Part shown: positions 18,581-28,016 of the stretch, in pieces
Position numbering within the stretch: position 1 is the first letter of the stretch
How the letters are laid out: the number at the start of each line of letters is the position of its first letter
Assembly: GCF_009914755.1 (NCBI RefSeq)
Contig: NC_060933.1
DNA from: the human T2T-CHM13v2.0 reference genome, Homo sapiens
Strand: one strand, 5' to 3'
Length of the DNA: 64,000 nt
Position numbers and translations under genes: made by a program
The notes under the pieces: generated by a model
What the model was told of the DNA's origin: nothing
Databases searched by the model: none
What the model saw: the letters and a program-made list of their open reading frames with translations, nothing else

Positions 18581-19279
18581 AAAGCCATGGGTTTTGCCCC
18601 CATTTGCAATATTATTTCCCTACACAGGATAAAGGTCCAACTCCTCACCAGGCTCCTGAGGCTCTCATGACCTAGAACTGGTCCCCTTCTCCCGGGATGT
18701 GGTCCCCTGGCCTCCTCCTGTCCCTGGAGGTGCTGACCCCCACCTGCTCCTGGCTGTGCACTCCTTTGTCCCCTTTGATTCTCTTCCCTTCCCAGGAAAC
18801 TCCTCCTCCTCTGCAGATGGTGGCATGAGTGACACTTCCTCTGGGCTGGCCCACCTGCCCACCCTTCTTCTTTTAGTGCTTATCTAGCAGAAACTCACCC
18901 AACATCATGTTGGGCTGTTCACAGTGCGTCCCCAGCACCTACCGCAGTGCCCGGCCCGAAGCAGACCCTTCAGAAGAACGGGCTGAGGGCGGGCGGGGGA
19001 GGCGGGAACCCAGGGATGGGCCTGCTGGGTGGCAGCAGAACACCGGGATGTGACCACCCCAGAACCAACCTCGAAGCTCCCGGGGGCCTGAAGATTGGGG
19101 ATCAGAGACAGGAAGGCGGGAGGGCAGCTGTTCTGGTCACACAGCATGTCGGTGGCAGAGCAGGGGCCTAGGCCCAGCATTTGCTCCAGTGGGAGCACTT
19201 TCTGCCACAGCTAGTCGCCTGAGGGCTGGGCGGCCCCCCTTACCAGCCACCCTCCCGCCCACGCCCCAAGGCCACTCAC

Positions 19280-19381
19280 CTCTGAAGTCTGCTTCTGCCA
19301 CTCCAGCCTGCGGATGGGCGCCGAGTCCAGGGCAGAGAGGATGGCCAAGTAGGAGTTGAAGTTATTCAGCTTCCGCAAGTG
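19280..19381 (-). CDS. RAPGEF1: RAPGEF1 exon, 102 nt: HLRKLNNFNSYLAILSALDSAPIRRLEWQKQTSE
   Basis: Acceptor CGGCAG|CAC, donor GAG|GTGAGT; CDC25 motif LNNFNS. Confidence 0.96.
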
Positions 19382-19486
19382 CTGCCGAGAGAGGGGCGGT
19401 GCCGTGAGGCAGGAGGGCAGGCGGGTCCCGGGCTCCCAGAGCAGGGACTGATGATGGGGGCCTGGGAAGGACTTGGCCACCATTAC

Positions 19487-19565
19487 CTTCATGATCTTGA
19501 TGAACTTCAAGAGCAGCCGTTCCCTGTCCTGGGCCTTTTCCTGTAACATGATTATGGACCGGACC
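19487..19565 (-). CDS. RAPGEF1: RAPGEF1 exon, 79 nt: VRSIIMLQEKAQDRERLLLKFIKIMK
   Basis: Acceptor ATGCAG|G, donor AAG|GTAATG. Confidence 0.95.
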
Positions 19566-20165
19566 CTGCATGGACCAAGGGAAAAAGAAACAGCTGAGTT
19601 GACAAGTCCCTGCAGGTCCCAGGGGTCCTGGTGGAGACAGGACCTGTACGACCCCCATGCCAGTGGCCACGAGCCCACCCCTACTGAATACCTGCAGCCT
19701 GCCCCAGGCATAGATCTAGTTTCTGCTCTCCAGGAGCTCATAACATCCTGGGACAGAGGCACAAGGAAATCTGGTGACAATAAATCTGGTGACCATAAGG
19801 AAATCTGGTGAAGGCCCAAAGGGGGCTTCGAATCTGCAGGTGGAGCATGGGAGGATGAAAGCAGAGCCTTTCCTGACAAGCATGGGCCCCAAGTACCAGG
19901 GGGCTGGGCAAGTTCCTTGTGTGATGCAGGACTGGCTCGGGGAGACCCGCTAGCACGTGAGGTAAGAGGTCACCTTGGGCAGCCACGAGGGAAGGAAACT
20001 CTCAGAACCTTAGTAGCAACCAAAGCCGAGACCAAAGCCAAAGGCCAGTCTCATCTGTGTGATAAATGCAGCAGGGATGTCACCCTGGCCTCAATTTCCT
20101 GTGGTTCACAGGGGCCACTACCAGGGTCACTTGGAGGTGGTGCCGCACTTTGCACTGCTGGTTCT

Positions 20166-20450
20166 TCTTTTTTATTTAAGAGACAGGGTCTTGATCTGTC
20201 ACCCAGTGCTGTGAGTATATCTCACTGTAGTCTTGAACTCCTGTTCTCAACTGATCCTTCTGCCCCAGCTTCCCGAGTAGCTGGGACTATAGGTGTGCAC
20301 CACTGCTCTTGGCTAATTTTAATTTTTTGTAGGGGGGGGGCGTCTCTCTATGTTGTCCAGGCTGGTCTCGAACTCCTGCGCTCAAGTGACCCTCCTGCCT
20401 CGGCCTCCCAAAGTCCTGGGATTATAGATGTGAGCCACTGCACTCGCACC
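20166..20450 (-). mobile_element. Alu (J-like)
   Basis: Diverged dimer. Confidence 0.85.
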
Positions 20451-20866
20451 TCTGTGCAGCCAGGCCCTGTGGAGTGTGCCCCTGAGCTTCTTGCACCCAG
20501 CCAGAGGCTGGTGTCAGAAGCCAGGCTTGGGGCCTTGTGTGCAGCTTCCGTCTGCTTTAGAAACCACATCCTGTTGGGCAAAACCCTACGCTGGACTGCC
20601 ATAGCTAAACATGCTTTTCCCCAGGATGGAGTGCTTCTGTGGGGAGGAAGATAGGCAAACGGGAGATGATCTCGGGGCCTTTAAAACACATCAGACATTC
20701 TCCTGGAGGCAACAGTGGGTGGGTGGGGGTGGCACAGCTGCTGAGCTCTAGGGGGTCCTGCCTGATGCTGAGCTGCTATGGGGGCTTTGTCGCCTCTTGA
20801 AGAGACAAGAGCTCTGGTTTATAAACACATTACTGGGATTCATTTTGCTTTAAGAATTAAAGACTA

Positions 20867-21223
20867 GGCTGGGAGCGGTGGCTCATGCCTGTAATCCCAG
20901 CACTTTGGGAGGCTGAGGTGGGTGGATCACGAGGCCAGGAGGTTGAGACCACCCTGGCTAACACGGTGAAACCCTGTCTCTACTAAAAATACAAAAAATT
21001 AGCTGGGTGTGGTGGCGAGCACCTGTAGTCCCAGCTACTCTGGAGGCTGAGGCAGGAGAATGGCGTGAACCCGGGAGGTGGAGCTTGAGGGGAGCCAGAG
21101 CTTGCAGTGAGCCGAGATTGCGCCACTGCACTCCAGCCTGGGCGGCAGAGCCAGACTCCGTCTCAAACACACACACACGCACGCACACACACACACACAC
21201 ACCTGCAGAGCAAGACTCTGTCT

Positions 21224-21262
<39 letters not shown>

Positions 21263-22302
21263 GCAGAGCCAGACTCCGTCTCAAACACACACACACACAC
21301 ACACCTGCAGAGCAAGACTCCGTCTCAAACACACACACACACCCACACCCACCTGCAGAGCGAGACTCCGTCTCAAACACACACACACACACACACCTGC
21401 AGAGCGAGACTCCGTCTCAAACACACACACACACACACACCTGCAGAGCGAGACTCCGTCTCAAACACACACACACACACCTGCAGAGCGAGACTCCGTC
21501 AAACACACACACACACACACACACCTGCAGAGCGAGACTCCGTCTCAAACACACACACACACACCTGCAGAGCGAGACTCCGTCTCAAACACACACACAC
21601 ACACACACCTGCAGAGACTCCGTCTCAAACACACACACACACACACCCCCCTGCAGAGTGAGACTCCGTCTCAAACACACACACACACCTGCAGAGCGAG
21701 ACTCCGTCTCACACACACACCTGCAGAGCGAGACTCCGTCTCACACACACACCTGCAGAGCGAGACTCCGTCAAACACACACACACACACACACACCTGC
21801 AGAGCGAGACTCCGTCTCAAACACACACACACACACACACACACCTGCAGAGCGAGACTCCGTCTCAAACACACACACACACCTGCAGAGCGAGACTCCG
21901 TCTCAAACACACACACACACACCTGCAGAGCGAGACTCCGTCTCAAACACACACACACACACACACACCTGCAGAGTGAGACTCCGTCTCAAACACACAC
22001 ACACACACACACACACCCCTGCAGAGCGAGACTCCGTCTCAAACACACACACACACACACCTGCAGAGCGAGACTCCGTCTTACACACACACCTGCAGAG
22101 CGAGACTCCGTCTCAAACACACACACACACACACACCTGCAGAGCGAGACTCCGTCTCAAACACACACACACACCTGCAGAGTGAGACTCCGTCTCAAAC
22201 ACACACACACACACACACCTGCAGAGCGAGACTCCATCTCAAACACACACACACACCTGCAGAGCGAGACTCCGTCTCAAACACACACACACACACACAC
22301 AC
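20867..22302 (+). mobile_element. AluY-like element with a tandemly amplified 3' end; 13-bp TSD GAATTAAAGACTA
   Basis: TSD at 20854-20866 and 22303-22315. Confidence 0.92.
21145..22302 (+). repeat. Compound VNTR: ~27 x [CTGCAGAGCGAGACTCCGTCTCAAA(CA)n]
   Basis: Counted by eye; 25-nt constant core, unit length ~32-58 nt. Confidence 0.95.
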
Positions 22303-22710
22303 GAATTAAAGACTAAATGCAAACATTAACGTTATAGAGCCCACTCCTTTGCTAACTGTTCTGTCAGGCAGAGTCAGTGTGAGCATCAGCTTGAGATTGC
22401 CTGGCAGTGACCAGGGCAGGAGGGCAAACTCACGCCCTTCCCAACACCACCTATGGCAGACATCGCTCCTCGACCCTGGCACTCTTCCCTGCTGAGCCTC
22501 CTCGACCAGGTGGCCACTTCCAGCAAGCCCCATCCTGTCCCTGCCCCTGTCCTCAGCCTGTCAGTGCTCATGGGAACCCCCAGGAGCTTAGCGGAATGAA
22601 AGAGGCAGCTCCTTCTCCTACCATTCAAGCTCCCTGCAAAGGAAAACGCAGAGCCCACCCAGACGTGCCACCATCCAGAGCAACAGGGCTTGGCGCTGGG
22701 CCTCTCTTAC

Positions 22711-22805
22711 CAGTAGGACATGTTGTTGAAGTGCTCCGTGAACTGGGTCAAGTTGGGGCTCTTCTCCTCATTCTGCTCTTTTGCCCAAAGCAAAACCTCA
22801 GGAAT
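22711..22805 (-). CDS. RAPGEF1: RAPGEF1 exon, 95 nt: IPEVLLWAKEQNEEKSPNLTQFTEHFNNMSY(W)
   Basis: Acceptor TTTTGTAG|ATT, donor TG|GTAAGA. Confidence 0.96.
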
Positions 22806-22916
22806 CTACAAAAGGAAAGAAGGCAGATGGAGGTGGAGCCCCGGCTTTCCCCTGATGGGGGTTTCTCTCATTCAGGGACAAACAGTGTGGCTCCCCCTGG
22901 CAGGAGCAGCCTGTAC

Positions 22917-23001
22917 CTCTATTTTATAGAAGAGCTCAGCATCCAGCAGCGTTAGCTGCTCCGCTATCTCATGGCTGTGAAAGTCGTGCAAGGTCCCCGG
23001 C
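22917..23001 (-). CDS. RAPGEF1: RAPGEF1 exon, 85 nt: PGTLHDFHSHEIAEQLTLLDAELFYKIE (CDC25 start)
   Basis: Acceptor CTTCCAG|G, donor GAG|GTACAG; RasGEF motif IAEQLTLLD. Confidence 0.96.
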
Positions 23002-23775
23002 CTGGAAGACAGAGGTGTGAGAAGAGCCGTCAGGGGTGGGGAGGCCGGTGGGGAGGGCTGAGCAGGCCCGGGCTGCGGGCGTCAGAGCAGGAGAGCCTCT
23101 CTGCCCAGCAGGAGCGTGGAGGCTACAGGGCGGGGAAGCCCCAAAAGGCTCCCTGGGGCCCTAATGGCCTCCTGCCTCTCTCCGGGACGACACTGTCTGC
23201 CTTTCTCTCCTGCTTCTGCTGGGTATGTCCAGCAGCTTCTGGAATCAGAAGACTGAGTTTCCCTCGTGAGCTCATGGACAGTTGAGATGCCAAGAAGGCT
23301 CGCTCACGGCTGGAGCCCACTTCCAGGTGGCCAGCAAGAACAGAGATGGTGCCAAAGAAACGAAGGCTATGCGCTCACTGGAAGGAGCCCACTACTCAAC
23401 AGACATGTATAGGTGCAAATGACACTCACCGTCGGTGTCGAGGGGACGGGCCACAGACTGGCATCAACCACTGCCATGTTCGTGCTGGGACAACCCAGAA
23501 CTGACCACAGCCCAGGGTGTGTGCACTCCTGCCCTGTCCTATGAAGCCCCATGCCCTGCTGCCCGCTTCCTGGTCACAAAGGGATCACCACCCAATATGT
23601 GCCTCCTGGAGAAGAGGCCCAGCCCCCAGGGATCCACGGGGCTGTTCCTGAGGCACCTCATCAAAGGGCCTGTGCAGAACCAGGATGGGGCTGTGGGGCT
23701 GGCAGGGAGGGAGGGTAAACTGAGAAAGGCACGGCTCCTGGGGAAGAGGCAGGGCTGGAGAGGTGGGCTTCTCAC

Positions 23776-23961
23776 CTGGCTGCTACCCCCCGGGCTGCCA
23801 GGGGCTGGCTGGAGGTGGCACACCTGAGTAGCTTCTTCTGGTCCACCTTGTCCAGGATGTTCTTCCGGAGCACACGGGCCAGGCTCAGCTCCCCATTGCA
23901 CACCAGGCGGAAGACCAGTTCCATCAGCAGCTTCAGGATCTCTTCTGTCAACTCCACCAGG
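23776..23961 (-). CDS. RAPGEF1: RAPGEF1 exon, 186 nt: LVELTEEILKLL...LAARGVAA(R)
   Basis: Acceptor CCTTCAG|C, donor AG|GTGAGA; phase 2 to 2. Confidence 0.95.
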
Positions 23962-24860
23962 CTGAAGGACAAAAGAGCACAAGGTGAGGAGCAGGAACGC
24001 AAGGCCCAGGCAGAGTCTGTCTTTGCCTTGAGACACACAAAGGGCACGGGGCTGTGACCGGCACAGAGCTGGCTGGGAAATTTCTCATGGGAAGAGAGCA
24101 GGAGACGAGAGCCTGGGATGGCTGCCTGTGTCCTTGGAGGTGTTGGGATGGTCACAAGCACCTGCCACACACTCAACAGCCATCTGTTGGCGCTGGACAA
24201 GCGCCAGTGACTGTGCTGGGGCCTGGGCTGCAGGGACAAGTCCTACACGAATCCCGCCCTGGGGAGCTGCTGCTCCCATTGGGCAATGAGACACCAAGAC
24301 TTCCCGGCCTCTCAGACTAGATGCTCCCCAACTTGCCCTGCTGAGCACTGTCCACACGTGGCCATTTCCCAGCCGCACAGCCACTTACCATGGTCATCTC
24401 CCCCAGCAGGAGGAAGGCAGTCCGCCTGATGGAGATTTGTTAGCGGAACGGATATGGCCAAGTGCCATGCTGTCAGATGGCCAGCCATGGAAACACTGAG
24501 GAGCGAGGGAGAGGTGGCCTCTCCCATTCCAGCCTCCACACAGCCTCCACCATGGCTGGCGGCTGAGAGCACGGCCTGCTGGAGACTGGACCTAAGATAC
24601 CATGGGAGCAGGTGCGTTGGGCGGGTTCTCTCCTGAGGGTCCAGGAGGGACCTCATGAGGAAATCCAGGGCCTGGGTGCAGGGTGGAGAGACACCTCACC
24701 CATCTCACCCTGGTCTATCGGGCACAGGCCATTCTCTCAAAGGACCAAGATAGAGCAGGCAAGAGCCAGCTCTGCCCAGAGCCGATGGGCAGGAGAAGCA
24801 GGTGGAATGGAGCCTTTGCCTCCCCACTGGCCCCCAGGACCCCAAGGGTGAAGCACTCAC

Positions 24861-24953
24861 CAGAGCTCATCCACCACCCGTACCAGCACGAAGAACGTGT
24901 TCTTGCTGACGCGCTTCTTGAATGTGTCGGCAAAGGGAGAGAATTTCTCATAT
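24861..24953 (-). CDS. RAPGEF1: RAPGEF1 exon, 93 nt: YEKFSPFADTFKKRVSKNTFFVLVRVVDEL(C)
   Basis: AC acceptor, donor TG|GTGAGT; phase 2 to 2. Confidence 0.95.
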
Positions 24954-27073
24954 GTGGAGCACGGGTTAAAGAAATAGCCATGTGGCCGGCTGAGGGTGGT
25001 GGAGTGGAGGACTGACTCCTGGTGACCACTCACTGAGCGCTCACAATGTGCCCATCTTCCTGCATGTAAAGCACTGGCATCCAGAAACGAGGGCACGGGA
25101 CTAGCGCAGTGGAACAACTGCAAAGCCAGGATTTGAGCACAGGCGTCTGTCCCCAGGGATGCCCCCGGCTGCTGCCCTCTCCTCCCTGCCACGCCATCTC
25201 CGCTGCACTGTCCAGACCCGCCTTTCCATCGGGTTCACCCCGAGGTGCCCATGAGATTACAGACACGTAGAGAGTGCCTTGCTGAACTTTAGGTAGAGAA
25301 CGGTGGGCCCAAACCAAACACCCTCAAAACCCCAGGTCCCTAGGCAGGTGTGTAGGCCAGAAGTATCTCCCTCCAGTCTTTCTGTGAGTTTCCATCCTGA
25401 GGCTGCCTCCCTGGGCTCTGCAAGGGAACTCTCACCTCCGTGACACCGGGCCGGGTCTCTCTTCCCAGAGCTGCAGCACGCTCCACATTGGCTCCCTGTC
25501 TCCAGGGCAGCACTTCAAGCACCCGATCAGCTCTAGCTCATGCCCTGAGGTCGGGCTCTGCTTTGTGGTCAGGGTTTCCTGCCCGGCTGTTGTGCTCGCC
25601 ATCGACTCCCCAGATCTCTCTGACACCCTCCTGCCTGCTCTCTAGTGATCCACGACCTTCCAAGTCATGGGGCTCAGGACAGAGCAACGTACCAGGGACT
25701 GTGTCTTGGCCCACAGCACAGGGGTCGCCAGCCAACCAGGCCCAGACCTTGATGCTGCAATATTTCCATGATGGCTGAGCCAGGCAGAGGCTGAGAGCCT
25801 GGGCGCAGGCAGCAGGGGGCAAGCAGCGTGTGGCTGCTCTCCCACCAAGCAGCCACATGGGTCAGGTCCTTCATGTCTCTGGGCCTCGGTTTCCTCAATT
25901 ACACAATAGGGAGTTATAGAGCAGTGGCCCCATGTATAATATGGTAATTTTATACACACCCACACACACATATTAAAAAATGGTCATAGAGCTAGGGCTA
26001 GGTGAAAGCACAGGTGTAAAGCACATCTCGCCTGACCAGCAAGTCCTTGACACGTGTGAGTGACAGCCATTCACTGAGTCAGGCCTGTGAGCAGGTGCTC
26101 TGAGTAACAGAACTTGCCGGGGACCCGAGGCTCCGCCAATGGAGGATGTCCACGTCTGTCTTGATAGATCAGGGATTCTAAAGGTCAACACGAGGGGAGA
26201 ATAGGAGGCCAGGAGGTCTGCAGGAGGCCCTGAGTGGAGCAGTGAAGGCTCAGGGCACACAGGAAGGAGCGGGGGCGCGGGTGGACTCAGGACTTCCTAC
26301 CCCAGGTGGTGGTGGCTGCCCAGCAGATGGCAGCCGTGGGCTATGTGCAAAGAGGTGGCTGAGGAGCAGCTGACCCAGGCTACCCTCCTAGAGCAGCAGC
26401 TGCAGGTCAGCCTCTTAGGATGGGCAGGTTTGGACTTGAAGAGGCAATGGGTCACACAAGTGGGTCCTTCCAAACCCCTGGGGTCCTCCTCAGCCACTAC
26501 TGCAGAGGGTGACATTTACTGAGGGTGGGCCCATGGGGTAGATCTGGGGACAGGAGCCCATTCCAGTTGTGGATGTGGCGGTCGCAGGGTCCGCTCCAGG
26601 GAAGGTGACTGTGCTGACCCCTGAGCTGTCTATTTGGGTCTTGGTATCCTTCGTGCCCAACGCCCTGGGGCTCAGCTCTGAGAAGCTGCCGGAGCCGACC
26701 ATGAGGGTCTCTCAGAGGCGTCTGCAGGACCGGCACACTTGCCCCTCCCAGTCTGGGGCATGTCTAATTCGTTTTTAGAATCATCCAATGACCACAACTG
26801 CCACCAGACACACATTCCCAGACTATGTTCCAGCCTCTTCACATCATTTCACTCGGCCCTTTTAGAGATGAGGAACTTGCCTGAGCTCAAAGCTGGAATG
26901 CAGGAGGGTAGAGGTGGGAACCTCGGTCCATGGGGCTCCTGTGTCCCTACTTCAATCACACTGCCACCCAATATGCTGCTCGGCTTCCCCCACGAGGACT
27001 GAAGGGCAAGAGGGTCCCTCTCTCTCCAAAATGCCCATGGTGCAGGGGCCCTGGGTCAGGAAGGAAAGGATAT
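24954..27073 (-). other. U12-type (minor spliceosome) AT-AC intron, 2120 nt
   Basis: 5' splice site ATATCCTTT; branch sequence TTCTTTAAC (24965-24973) about 12 nt upstream of a terminal CCAC; the junction restores KLQYRYEKF. Confidence 0.95.
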
Positions 27074-27158
27074 CTGTACTGCAGCTTCTTGATGAGCTCC
27101 TCTGGGGAGATGAAGGTCCTGTAGGTGGTCAGGAATGCCTCGCAGTACAACACCAAAT
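27074..27158 (-). CDS. RAPGEF1: RAPGEF1 exon, 85 nt: (D)LVLYCEAFLTTYRTFISPEELIKKLQY(R) (REM)
   Basis: Acceptor CCTCTAG|AT, U12 donor AG|ATATCCTTT; phase 1 to 2. Confidence 0.95.
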
Positions 27159-27705
27159 CTAGAGGGAAAAACAATGCAAACTGCTTGTCTGGGTGCAGAG
27201 TGCTGGGGGGTGGTAGCCAGGGTGGATTTGAGTCCTTGCTCTGAGAGAGGCAGGGGAGATGGCACGGGGAGTGGGATGGGCGAGGGAGCCGAGGGCTTGG
27301 GAACCCCCTCTGGTGTCTCCGCCTGCATGTCCCAGAGAAGTCACACGTCCTCTCTGTCCATCTCTCAAAGGAAACGGCAGATCAGAGAGGGGAAACAGGA
27401 AAGGGTTTTATCTCATGGGCACTTTCTACCGATGATGGTGCTGCCTGGAGAACCGTGCTGTGGGAGCTGAGGCCAACTCTGGTCCCAGGGGAAAAGGGCA
27501 CTTAGGCTGACGAGTGACGCCTGCCCTAGGCATCAAAACCCGGTGGCATGCCTGTTCCAGGTAGGAGCCAGCCCTGGATTAGACTCTGAGAGGCTCTGCC
27601 TGTCCTAAGGCTTTATGCTTCAGAGGGTCTCAGCCATCATGGGAACAAAGAAAATCGTCTGTTCAAACCCGTCAGCAGGATCCTGAAATGAAACCCTAGG
27701 CTTTA

Positions 27706-28016
27706 CTTTTATTTTTAAATTTTTATTATGATTATTATTTTCGAGACAGGGTCTCACTCTATCACTCAGGCTGGAGTGCAGTGGTGCGATCTTGGTTCAC
27801 TGCCACCTCTGCCTCCTGGGTTCAAGTGATTCTCCTGCCTCAAGCCTCCCGAGTAGCTGGGACCACAGGCACGCGCCACTACGCCTGGCTGATTTTAGTA
27901 GAGACAAGGTTTCACCATGTTGGCCAGGCTAGTCTCAAACTCTTGGCCTCAAGTGATTCACTCAGCTTGGCCTCCCAAAGTGCTGGGATTACAGGCGTGA
28001 GCCACCGTGCCTGGTC
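27706..28016 (-). mobile_element. Alu (S-type)
   Basis: Dimer consensus. Confidence 0.88.

Noticed and set aside
21007-22185. 392-aa His/Thr-rich ORF and overlapping Cys/Val ORFs
   Set aside because: These are translations of the Alu and VNTR; stops are absent because of low complexity.
21145-22302. CRISPR-like array (constant palindromic repeat with variable-length spacers)
   Set aside because: The spacers are only (CA)n, the repeat is the Alu 3' terminus, the context is a human intron, and there are no cas genes.
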